Source: Amoebophrya sp. A120
Taxonomy: Eukaryota > Protista > Dinoflagellata
Assembly: GCA_905178155.1 (NCBI GenBank)
Contig: CAJINV010000012.1
Span: 1,182,492 to 1,246,491 of the forward strand
Length of the DNA stretch: 64,000 bases
Direction: 5' to 3'
Positions 35,046 through 47,000 of this stretch are shown here, piece by piece. A model generated the notes under the pieces. It did not search any database. It was not told the DNA's origin and saw nothing but the letters and a program-made list of their open reading frames with translations. The translations under genes and the position numbers were made by a program. Positions within the stretch are counted from its first letter, which is position 1. Every line of letters starts with the position of its first letter.

Positions 35046-38000
35046 TCACGCGTGATATCTTGACGTGCTTCCGCAGCGATACTGGTCTGTCGTCGTCCAC
35101 ACCCGATCCCGCTGTAGCGGAGGACGAAGCTGCTGCTGCTTATGCAATACCAAAATTATTTTGCCGGACACTAAGTACAAAACGCATCTAGACACTTCTG
35201 CAATTATCAGCAGCGCGTGTGTTTTCATGATGTTGCTGCATCAGGTTCCTGTGCCAAATCCATGTCACGCGGAGCCAGCATTTGCATTTTGTAGTGTCCG
35301 GTAAAATAACATTATCTGTGGATAGTGCCACGGCACTGTTGTCCTTGTCACCAACGGATGCTGAGGCACCAGCATGTTCTTGATCCGTACTACCAGGAAC
35401 GGCTCCGGTGTTGATACCCCTGGTCTTTTTCCTCTTGATAGTACCGCTGCCACTGCTGAACGCCGTTTCTGCAGCTTCGTGCCCCCCAGGAACTTTATTC
35501 TCCGCTTCCGGACAGTGGTTGCAGGTTTTGCGGCAGTGCTTCCGGACTTTTTCCAGGTCCGCAGAGCTGTACCCCGAGAGCTCCTTGTCCCGGCTCTCCA
35601 GTTGGCTCTTCTTGCCGCAGTCGTAGCTGCTCCACTGCGCGCAGTTGTAACCTTTTTTGTCGCGAAAAAACGCATCGTCTTCATCACAGCGGTAGTGCTT
35701 GCGCAGGTGCTTCCGCACTAAAAACTCTTTCTCACAAAACCCGCACTTTTGCTTGCAGTGCGAGTGGACTTCCGTTATTTCTGTCTGGTTATACTGGGGG
35801 GACGGATTTCTACACCAGGCTTCCGTCCACTCCTTGCACTTAAAACCTGATTGTTTCGATTGTAGGCCATGTTCTTGCGCATGACAAAAATACTTTCTGT
35901 TTCTTATATCTTCCACGCGAACGGTGGAACATGAACAACTATGCGTACTTATGCCAACACATAGATACTACATCTTCGCAGGTTTTAAGTGCAAGGAGAG
36001 TACTTCTTCTTCTTTTCAACTACTATCCGTCTTCCTCAGCGAATGCTGCGCACCGTCACCCCAGATGAAAAATGTGTTTTCGTTTTTTATTTTTCCCCGC
36101 ACGCATTTATTTCGTACTAGTAATAGTAAATGTACAACCACTACCAGCACATAAAGAAAATCTTCCTTGGGCGCTGCGCACCCGGAACGTCTACCTCCAT
36201 TAAAAGTTTATGCTGTCACAAAATACCAAACGCGCATTTTCGTTTTTCACAATTTCGAGAAAAATAATACAAAAAAGATTTTATATGCTGTTTATTATTT
36301 TCGAAAATCCTAGCTCGTATCAGGGGGCTCTGGAGCAGGTGGAGGAACGGCTGGCGCAGGCGACCTGGTAAGAAGTGTTTTTAGTGGTGGAGCGAGTGCT
36401 CATGACAGTAAATTCCTTAACTAGCTAGTGGTGCACGCGGCGGCGTTTCCACCCGGTGGTGAATGGTTACGGTCCGGACCAAAACCGTAACCTTTCGGGC
36501 GGTCGTCCCTGCAATCGGCGCCCGGACTTACACGGAGACGGACGCAAATACCCGGCACCAGCAGCACGAAATGGGTCACGGTTGGAGAGCGGAATCTTGG
36601 CGACGGGTACCTCCGCGATGAACTTGATGGCGAAGTCGGCTCCGACGGAAGCATACCGGGTGAAAATATCATAGCCATGTGGGGCCTTGCTATGGGACAT
36701 GACTGTTACCACTATCCACCGCCACCGAGGGCGACACGCCTTGCATGACAAAGTGAACCGCATGACCAAAATTAGCTGCACTTGACGGCCATAGACTGGA
36801 AGAAATGAAAGTTTTAAGGCCGCCGGAGATACAAACGCGTTTGTCTCACTGAGATCCGGAACCAACCTAGCTTCCAACTCCTGGCGCGCCTGCGTGCAGG
36901 CGGTAGTAACAGTCACGCCCACCCCTCTTAGGTTCCCCACATGGCTAAAGTATTTTCATCGTGGATACTGGACTAGTACTCGCGAGAAGGAGTTCGGCGG
37001 CCACGAAACAGGTCGCCACCCAGCCTTCCATCGCCGAGCGGAACCTGGGGCAATCGAGTGAGATCGCCCGCACGGCTGCCAGGCGGCCAACACCTAGCGC
37101 CAGGACGACTACGCGAGCAAAGGCAAAGCATTATTTTTCTATGGTGTCCAGGCCGCGCACAAGTCGACATGTCTGGCAGTGGCTGCTACGTGAAGGGACG
37201 GAGCCCGTCTCTCGGGCGAGCGAGTTTCAGCGTACTTCTCCGTAAACGAGCACGATCTCCACTGCCTCTCAACGCCCACAAAGGGAAAGACGACGACACC
37301 CAACCACGACGCGAAAAAACGACAGGCCGGAAGTGCGACCGTGGGCAACCTACGACGCTTGGGCAAGAGTCACCATTCAAATTACGCACCGACCTACGAC
37401 GCAGGTGCATCATCCTTGAATTGTCCGCAAAGCTTGTGGACCAGATGATTAGAATCCAAAGCGATTGAATTTTGTTTCTCTTGCATTGCTAGTTGCACTG
37501 CAGGGTTGGTCCATCAATCAGTTTTTGTATGTACCAGACAGGTGGAAAAAAGAAATTGACATAGCACGCAAACTACAATACAGTCAGATCGAGGTAGAGA
37601 CGGAGCAAAACCTAATAAAGCAGATGTGTAGAAAAGCCGAAGTTGCAGTCATGTTGCCAAGCAGAGTAAGAAAATAAAAACAAAGTAGAAAAGTGCGTCT
37701 GGATAGAAGTGAAGATGACAATAATACGAAGATCAAGATAAATAAGACAACAGAAACTCTTTATATCGGTCGCGCGTGCAGGTGGGGAAAAAACAATCGT
37801 CTTACGTGACCGAAAGAGCAGCAACAATACCACACGGTCAACGTCTCAGAGTAAACAGAAACAGAAGATGAAGACTCAGGAAATGACTGACCACTATGCC
37901 GTCTATCAAAGCCGCTGGGTTTCTCATCTCGCTCTCTCCGTCACGACACAGAAAGACTTCTCTTAGTTTTACCGAAGCGCTGTTCTCGATTCGACTTCTA

Positions 38001-41000
38001 GAAAAGACCACGACCTTCTACTTCTTGGTGGAGCTGGAAGACGAGGACGAGGAAGATTTGGAAGAAGACGAAGAACCCTCCGGCGCGGACTGACTGAAGG
38101 CCAACGTCTTGGAAACCATCTCCTGCTCACGCTGCATCTGCTTCTCGCGGGCGTCCTTCGACTTCTTGGTGATGCCCTTGACCTTCAAGGACTGGTCTTC
38201 CGGCTCGACGGCGAGGAGGAACTCCATGTCGAGGAAGCTCACGGTCTTCGGCACCACTTCGTCCGCAAATTTGACCTTTTTGGACTTCTTCGGCTGGTCC
38301 AGCAACGGGTCATTGAAGGTAGTGATCGGGTTCGGGCCGCAGGACTGTGTTGTTCGAAATTTACATGTTACATTTTGCACAACTACAACAAAAAAAAGCG
38401 AGATCGTCCCGAATCCATGAGCAACGTGATTTCTTGTCATTATCTCAATCGGACATCATGAATATCTTTATTTGCCATGCGCTTACCATGGCAAACGGGA
38501 CGAGGCAGAACTTGTTTTTCCACTTGTCCGGCCCAATGTTCGTGGTCTTGAATCGCAGGGCCAACGCACAACCGGTGTCCCTGTTGCAGGTGAGGGGGAG
38601 CAAGGCCGCGATTCCGAGGCAGCAGTTCTCGTACATGATCGTCTTGGTCTCATACAGGTTTCCGGGCCCGCTGAAGTCCACCGCGTAATGCCCGCGGTCG
38701 ATCGAGCAGTTCGCCGTGGGGACCGTCACCTGTTGTCGCAGTAGATTTTTGCATTATTTATACGAATGGGAACCAGGCAACATTACCCAGCGAAAAGATG
38801 GTGGGCCACACACGCACCACAGCTACCTCTCATCGCCAGCTATTCTCATGCAAATGCAACAAATTCTCACTACTGCAAAACACAACATCAATATGCGTCC
38901 TTCGTGAAATAATCGAAAGAAATATGCTGTCGATTACCGGCTTGTCGTCATCATCCCACGAGAGGATCTTGATCAAAGAGTGCGGCTCGGAGGACTGCTT
39001 CTTCGCGATCTCCGCCAAACGGTTGCACTCGCTTTCGTACAACAGCTTCGCGGCCTTAAACCGGGCGGCCTCCTCCTGCATGAGGCGCTGCATGTCGTTG
39101 TGGGACTCGAAGTTCATGTTGCCCAGGTTGTCATCGTCGTCCTCATCCGAAGAGACGGCAACCGCCGCAGCCAAATTATCTGCGAGATATTTCATTGCGG
39201 GTTTCGACGTTCAGATATGACCATGCGGGAAAATAGATGTGGGTCTGCAGTCATTGACGATGCGTTTTTACTGGGCGACAGAAATAGTACTCGAGAAAAC
39301 GACAAGAGTAATACTCTTCTTCTTTTTCGCGGCCTTTTCGGATTTCTCCCGTTCCTTGGCTTCTTTGCGGAGGCCCTTTTTGATCTGGGTCACCTTCGAC
39401 TCGTGCTGCTTCTTCGCCTGGTTCTCGGCCTCGCGGTACTTGGAGCGGAGGCTTTTCAGCCGCTCGTCGATCATGTTGGTGACCGTCGAGGGGGTGCTGA
39501 CCTTGTTGACCTCGCCCATTTCGAGTTCACCACCGTAATAGGCCTTGACGCGCATTTTTTCTTTTAACTTCGTCTTCTCAATCGTCGCGGGGGCAGGCAA
39601 GGTGACAACCTAGCGAGAGTTGTAAATTAAAACTTCATATCTGTGTGGGGTGTTAAGTCTCAAAACATGCACGCCAGTTTCATAATCGTATGTATCTGCC
39701 TGGGACAGGCTATAACAAAAACATCCCGAAACTAGAGGAGTAGTCTTTACCTCATAGGTTCCAGAGACGCACCCCGGGGTGTTCGCGACATACTTGTTGA
39801 TCAAGACCGACAGCTCCGAGCAAAACTTCTTGCTCCGCGCTTTCAACTCTTGTTCCTCCTTCGTACTCGGGTCCCAGTTATCGTACAAGAGCCCAAAATC
39901 ATCCGGGTGGACTTTCAGGTAGTGGTCCTGGGGGGTATGTTTTGTTGGTAGATTTGTCATGCGTGGCGGGTTGGACAAAAAAGAAAAAGCCCAATGCCCA
40001 GCATCAACATCTATATGGACTGAAAAGTAAAAAACCCACTTGATGTGCCTAACGACGGAGGAGTAGACGCATCCTACGAACAACTTTTGAAAAAATGCAA
40101 CTATACCGCCCCATGAATCATCTCGTGCTCCAACAAGAGCGAGTTCTGGTCGTTCTGCGCGGCACGCCTGTTCCGCATCAACTCACAGCAATCCCGCGCA
40201 AACTCTTCGGAATGGTCGGCGTGGAAAAAGAGACCGTCGTCACCAGCCTCCGGGTAGGTGTGCTTCGCGAACTCGAACACCTGCTGCAACTCCTCTTCAG
40301 AGAAGCCGTTCAAGCGCTTGCGGTACTGCTTGTGGAACTTCGCCATGATCATGGCCGACAAAACGCGGTCGAAATGGCCGCGGGACAGCTGCGTGGGATT
40401 CAGGCTCCGCACAGTAGTGTGGCACAAGGTGAAAATCTCCAGGTCGTCCTTTTTGACACAGGACTTCAACACCCTCAGGGCGCCACTGTTCGGCTCGAAA
40501 AACTTGTTCTCGGCAGTGTAGCACCCGGTCTTGTATTGCTGCTCAGTCAGCCCGTCCATGCGGCCGATCGCGTAGGCCACCTCGTCGGCAAAGGTCGGCA
40601 ACGGTTGACCCTGGGCGACGAGAGCCTCCTTCTTCTTCAGAAACTGCTTGCGCAGCTGATTGAAATAGAAATTGAAACTTTTTCGAATTCCGACTTCTAT
40701 GTTCTCCAAATGCCAATATATAGAGTGAGATCAACTTCAACAGGCTGAAACTTGGTCCAAAAATGCACCGGATCGAAATCGAAGACGGAAACTCACCTGA
40801 GCCGTGGGCGCTCAGAAGCTCACGCAAAATAAAAGGTAAGCATCCACCACTGCCGGTCCGACGGCATTCCGAATAAGCGCGCCCGGACCTGCCTACCCCT
40901 GCGCCAATGATAACCATGCTGCCCCCCCGCGCTGCCGGAAGGCCATTGCCCGCCCACCGCCGCGCGCATACTTGGTAGCGCTGGCGGGGCTGGCGGGGTG

Positions 41001-44000
41001 GGCCTACGTCCACCACAAACGAAGCGGATACGGGCAACCGCGGGGCCGGCGGATTTCCATCCACTCTCCCCGCCCTCAGGTTGCGATCTGTAGCGCTGAA
41101 ACTACCAAACACCATGCTAGTCCCCAACTAGCACGGTTTGTCGCTTTACCCTATTGATCTTGCAGCAACACCGGGCGGGGGTGGGCCCCAGGGCCACGCA
41201 AAGGGCCCCGCCCTTTGGAGGCAATGCGGGGCCCACCGGCAAAATGGCGCCGGAGACCCGCCAAACGCCCAGGACCGTGCCACGCTCGCCACCCAAAAAC
41301 GAAACGAGTTCCCCCATGTGTAATTTTTCGCAACAGGAAAAAGGACCACAATAGGACACATCAGACCACTTGACCTGCCTCGCTTTTTTAAAACATTTAG
41401 CCTGCCACCGGCCCTAATTTTTAAAATTTAATTTTTTTGAGCAAAAAGAATGGCGCCACCAAAGCAGAAACGAAAAAAACCACCCTGCGCACGGGCGAAA
41501 CAGGCGGCGAAAAGCAAAACAGCGCAGAAAATCCCCGCGCAGGCCGAACACGCCGAAAAATCCGGCGCCCTGACAATGAAAGACTGTGGGCGGTTTGGCG
41601 AACACCTGCGGGACTCGACAGGGCGAAAAAAGGCCGCCGGGCTCCGCGCCCAGTTTGCGTGGCTCCTTCAATGCCTGACCGGCCGACGGGGCGCAGATGT
41701 GCGCCAACTTTGCTGGGAAGATCTCAACCCCGAATGGACGCAAATCCAGGTAGGGGACTCGAAAACAGCACGGGGCGGCGGGCGCGGGCTGCTTGCGTGC
41801 TGCCCCATCGCCCCGGGCGCCGAGACGCTTATGACGCTCGCCAACTTCCGGAAGCACTGCGAGCGCGAGGCCCCCGACGGAAAACTTTCCGGCCCCATCT
41901 TTTCTTTCTCATACCATGCGTACGAAAAATTAATCCGCAAGGCCCGCCAGGGCTTCACGCCTTGCGACCCGGAGAGCTGCCGGCCGAGTGCAATCACGAG
42001 CCACACACCACGCCGGAGCTTCTGCACCCGCCTGATTCTCCAGGGCGTCGCCCCAACGGTGGTGCAGCAAATGTCAGGCCACAAATCCGCCACAAGCTTC
42101 CTGCGCTACGTGGCAACGGGCTTTGCATTTCGCCACCAAGCGGCCAAGCGCCTCGACCTGTAGATCGCGGTGGCGGCCGCGGACCAAAAAGCGGCGCGGC
42201 GCGGCCGAAGGCGGCGGGGCTGACCAGCGGGGGCCCGAGAAAACAAAAACCGCCGGCCGGCTTGCGCGGGTTGGCGTGGCAACATGGGGCCCACCAAAAC
42301 AGGCCGGCTAGCAGGCGGGGCGCCGTCGGGGCGGGTGCCCGCGCCCGGCGACCAAGACATGCCAGCTGCCATCTTGAATGGGCGCCCGGGCCCCGAAGAT
42401 TGCATGGCCACGCTCCATATGTGGGGCGTCGCACACGAGACGAAACCGAGCCAACGGTAGACCTAATGATAACACGCTTCGCGATCAGAATGATCCCTGT
42501 TAGTCGTTTTCACTACTGAACTGGACCGAATACTTGAAAGTGAAATTATGAAAAAAAATCTACGTACAGTGAGGCACTTTCCGGACAATTTCTGCCAGGG
42601 CGTGACCAAGAGATTCAGGTTTCCGTTGTTCTTGTAAAGCACGTACAACTGGAGAAGCTCGGGCCGAAATCTGGTCGGGTCCAAAACGAGGTGGCTCAGG
42701 ATACGGATCTGTAGGGTTTCATGGCGTTGTGGTGAGATGCTTCTCGTTGGAACGTGATGCGCGTGCTAGTTGGTTTCTCACCTTCACATGGGGCACAGAG
42801 CTTCCCCATCTCTGTCTTTTGCATGACCTACGAAAGAAAAATGCAAACTCGGTGGTGATTTGGTTTTGAAGATGAGAAAGACAAAAAGCACACAGTACAC
42901 AGATTCCCAGAGCAGCGACGGTCTCCCAGGCGAGGTTCTTCATGGCGATGGTGCTGTGGTGCCCAGCGGCCGGGCCTCGCGCGCGCAAATACGTGTCCAA
43001 GAATATGTACACCCAAACTGTAGGTGAGTTTCGGTTTTCAGATGTTGGGGGGGTGAAGAGAAATACATGAGAAGAATACGGGAGGTCTGCACGCACGAAA
43101 CTACTGTAGTGGATCTAAAAACAAAGGCGCGAACTATACTAATGCCGTCGCCGGCCATCCAGCCACCCGTTTCCACCAGGTTTTTCAAGACCCCGGGCTG
43201 GTCCGGGTCTCGCACCGGGTTGACATCGGCACCACAGTGCTTGACGTCGAGCGGCACGTAATTGTCGAGATCATCTTGTTGCACCTTCCGGGGTGCAACC
43301 ACCGTTGTGCCTTCCTCGACGAAGTCGATCACGGCCTGATTGGTCACAGCAACCGGGTCGACGGCGTGCCGCTGCAAAATGCGGTCTTGCGCCTCCAGCG
43401 ACGGAAAATCCGTGGCCGGGGTGGTTTGCAACACGATAGGGTTACGGGGGTCCGTCATTCTGTGATAAGCTTATCCGGGTACGGAAGCTTCGCGATTTGC
43501 TCGAAAGAGAAGTTGCTACTGCGTCAAAAGTGATTGGTTATTGGATAGGGACAGGGGAAAAAAACACTGCCACGAACAAGATCCAGAACACCACACACGC
43601 AAAAAGGGAAGACGAAACGGATGATCTTTTCTGGTTTCGAGCAGTAGCGTGGAGCTTTGGATTTTTCGATCAGAAGAATATGAGGAAAAATAAATGAAAA
43701 ATGCACAAGATTTTCACGAACCACGCCAAGAAAATGGAATTTTCATTTTTCCAACGAGGACTGCGAATTATCCAGATACTTTTCAAAAAAAAACGCTTAT
43801 ATTTTTCGATTCGAAAAATACGAACCGGCACGACGAAGACGGACATCTCTTTTTTTGCCGTATTCAGAGCCCGCGTGGCCCTCTCACGCTGGCGCCACAG
43901 CGGGTTCATTCGGAACGTTCGCATTTATGAACCGCTGCATTTCTTCTTGCGCGCGCCGCTCTTCGGCCTCCGCTGGGTCGCTGATTTCTTCGTCAAGAAA

Positions 44001-47000
44001 CTTTCCGACCTTCTTCAGCCAGGCCTTTCGGGCCTTGGAGATGTCTTTCATCTCCAAGGACGCAGCAACCTTTGTCACGCACTTCACCACGGCCTGGCTT
44101 CTCGCGGCTGCTGGCTGGTTGCTCGCTGCGACCCGGTTTTCATGGGCGGCGCGGGCAGCTTCACTGCGGTACTTCAGCGGAAGGTGTGCGCGCCAGGACC
44201 GATTGAACGGGCAGAAATTGCAGTAGAAATTGTACTCCCGGAGCCCGGTCTGCGCTAGTTCCGGAACCAGTTTCCGGACGTTGAAAGACCTGTCATATGG
44301 ACAAGAGTGCGTGATGATTAGGCACAACGTGCGCGCTGGGAAATTATCTCTTTTTGCAAGTTGCTTCCCAGCAGGCGGGGCTGGGGCAAAACAAACAACA
44401 CGGGGGCACTTCCAATAATTCGACTCGCCGAAAGCGCGTTTTGTAATGCTGCTTTCGACGATTTCGTAGGATTTTCGGGCAATCTTCCCGGATGCTCGCA
44501 CTTTAGGGCGAGAAACCGCAGCTGGGCTTGCAGTGGGCCCGAAGCCCGAACTTGTCATGCTGCCGAGCCCCCTCGGATAGGCGATTCAAAAGAATCGCCT
44601 GCACAAGGGGCCATCGCAGCATGCCGCGCTTGTTTCTCTAAACGACAAGCGACCTACAGACTTAGACAGATTTCGAGCATAGCACGCGGACCAGGCGAGG
44701 CGGATAGGGCAAACGCAGCAACTTTACTTCGTGTTGTGCGTTGTTAAGCCCAAAAAGAACTACTGACATAAAGCAAAAGCACGGCTTGTCATGCTGAGCG
44801 GCATTCTGCACCGGATTGCAATTGCCACACAGGAAAAAACTCGCCTTTTATGTATAGAGAACGAGTCAGATCATGAGCGTAGCATGCGGACCAGGCGAGA
44901 AGGATAGAACGACAGTAGCACTTTTAGGCTGTGGCGTCATGCATTGTTATTTTTATCCCCTGTTCTCATCGACGAATGACTTTCGCTGAAAAGTCAAAAT
45001 ATGGAAGTACCTCCAGGACGAGTCCGCCTTGCGCTCCCGCTCCGCCTGCTCCCGTGTCTCGGGGTCCGCCCCGGGATCGAACTCTGCCTCCTTTCTGGGT
45101 TCTCGCGCAGCAATAACATCGACCTGGTGGCGGGAAACTGCGCTCGACCCGAAGACTTATCCACCCCAAGAATGGGGCGACACACCCAACAGGCTGTCAC
45201 GCCCAAGGAGATCCTCCCAACACCTCAAGCGCGTGTTTGTCATGCGTACGGGCGTTCTTGCGAATTGCCGCTGCGGCGCGAGCTTGGTTTGTCATGCAAA
45301 AGTCGCCGCCTCCTTGATCATGATCTGTCATGCAAAGTCCGAACTTGGTTTGTCATGCAAAATTGGACCACCGCGCCAGCTAAGAGATAACCCTGCTGAT
45401 CTTAGAACTCCACCGTGTGGCGTGACAGCAATTGCGGTGATTTGCCCCACTCTCAATACATAGACCACCTAATACCCGCACCCGCAACTCCCGGTCGCAG
45501 GCATCCAGAGCGGGGCCGACACTGCTGCTTCCTTGCAGACCACCTGCAGTGGCGACGGCATGAACCTCCAGTAAGACGGAGGACGGCGTGACGCGTTCGA
45601 AGGAAATGTTCGTGACCTTCCGGTTGCTGCTGCACAGATAATCCTCCGCCCACCTCCCCAGACTTTTCCACTCCCCCGGCACCAGTTTGTAACATTCGTC
45701 TGATGCTGCCTTGACTCCTTGGTCTGGTTGCAGCAGGTCCGCGCGAGCGGGAGCAGAAGACGATGATGAGGATGATGATGAAGACCCGCCGTGACTATCA
45801 CCGGAGGGGCCGTTCCGCGCGGAGGAGCTGTTGTTCGAAGAATAAGCCGATGCGGGCATGCGGGTGCAGCGGTTGATCAATGCATTGCCCGGCTTGATGA
45901 AGAAGACCAGCCAGGCCTGCTGGTTTTTTTTGTCTGCTTCCGACCGCAGCAACATTCCCAGCCCCTGCGAGGCCGGGTTACCGTCATGGCCATGCCCAAG
46001 ATACTCGCTGATCTTTATGGCGCTCCCGAAAGGCTTAAAGTGGTGCGGAAGCAATTCAGCAGATGGAGGTGGGATCTCCAGGTCGTCGGCTAAGGTGACT
46101 GCCCTTTCCCACCGCTCGTCCACGAACCTCTCTGCCGCTTTTATATTCTCCTCCACAACCGTCGGGTCGAAGGCGTAGTCGAAAACTGCGTCCCGGAGTC
46201 CCTCATCTTCAGCATCCAGCCCGGCGTCGTTTTCACTGGTGTTTTCGGCAGCCACACGCATTTATCCAAGGAAAAAACACACCCAGCCCTATACAGCCAC
46301 CCAGAGTCAGTTTTTGTGGATATCCGCAATTTGTCATGCGTGGCGGAGATCGGCCTCTAAGGACGTTTTCCAGAATATGCAGGTCCTTATAGGCCGGCCT
46401 CTTTCACGCATGACAAATTGCGCAGTCGATCTCAATTCATTGGTGGGGCTCTTGCATTACATATCGGTCGCCACACTACAGCTCCTGCTCGTGACACAGG
46501 TACCAGAACAGGCCGGGCACAAACACAATTTGTATTGCATATGCCAGCAGAGACCCCTTCATCTATGGATATCGCTGTCGGGGCTCAACTTACTGTCAGG
46601 GCTCTCACAAAGGTCATGGCCACCACCATGGTCTTTGCTGCCTTTGTCCCTCTGCCAATCTGTCATGCAAAATAAGTCGTTGAGTGAACGCAGGAAGCCC
46701 AGGCGTGGCACCTTGCAAATCTGCGATGCAATCTGTCATGCTGATTTCCCAGGCGCTTTCGTGGCTGGGTGTGGCGGGGGGGCGGATCGCATACTGCCCG
46801 CTTTTTGGTTTTGTTGTGAGACAACCGCCCATCTGTTCGATGCTTCTGCTCGGCGCGGAGGCATTTGTACTCGTCGTACGGCAACCCACGGTCGAGCGCA
46901 ATCTTGGTCCTGTGAAGATGGTGTTTTGCGGGCGAGATGGTGTGTGGATGATCAATGGGACTAGTGCTTGCTCTACCGGCCGCCGAAAGGGAGCGGCACA

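Noticed and set aside
41437-42519. 360-aa ORF overlapping the recombinase, and antisense ORFs nearby
   Set aside because: R/P/G-rich shadow frames of GC-rich DNA; the motif-bearing frame is 41450-42163.
46262-46570. Possible introner TATCCAAGGA..CTATGGATA
   Set aside because: Only a very short IR and no matching 5-bp direct repeat, so the boundaries cannot be supported.
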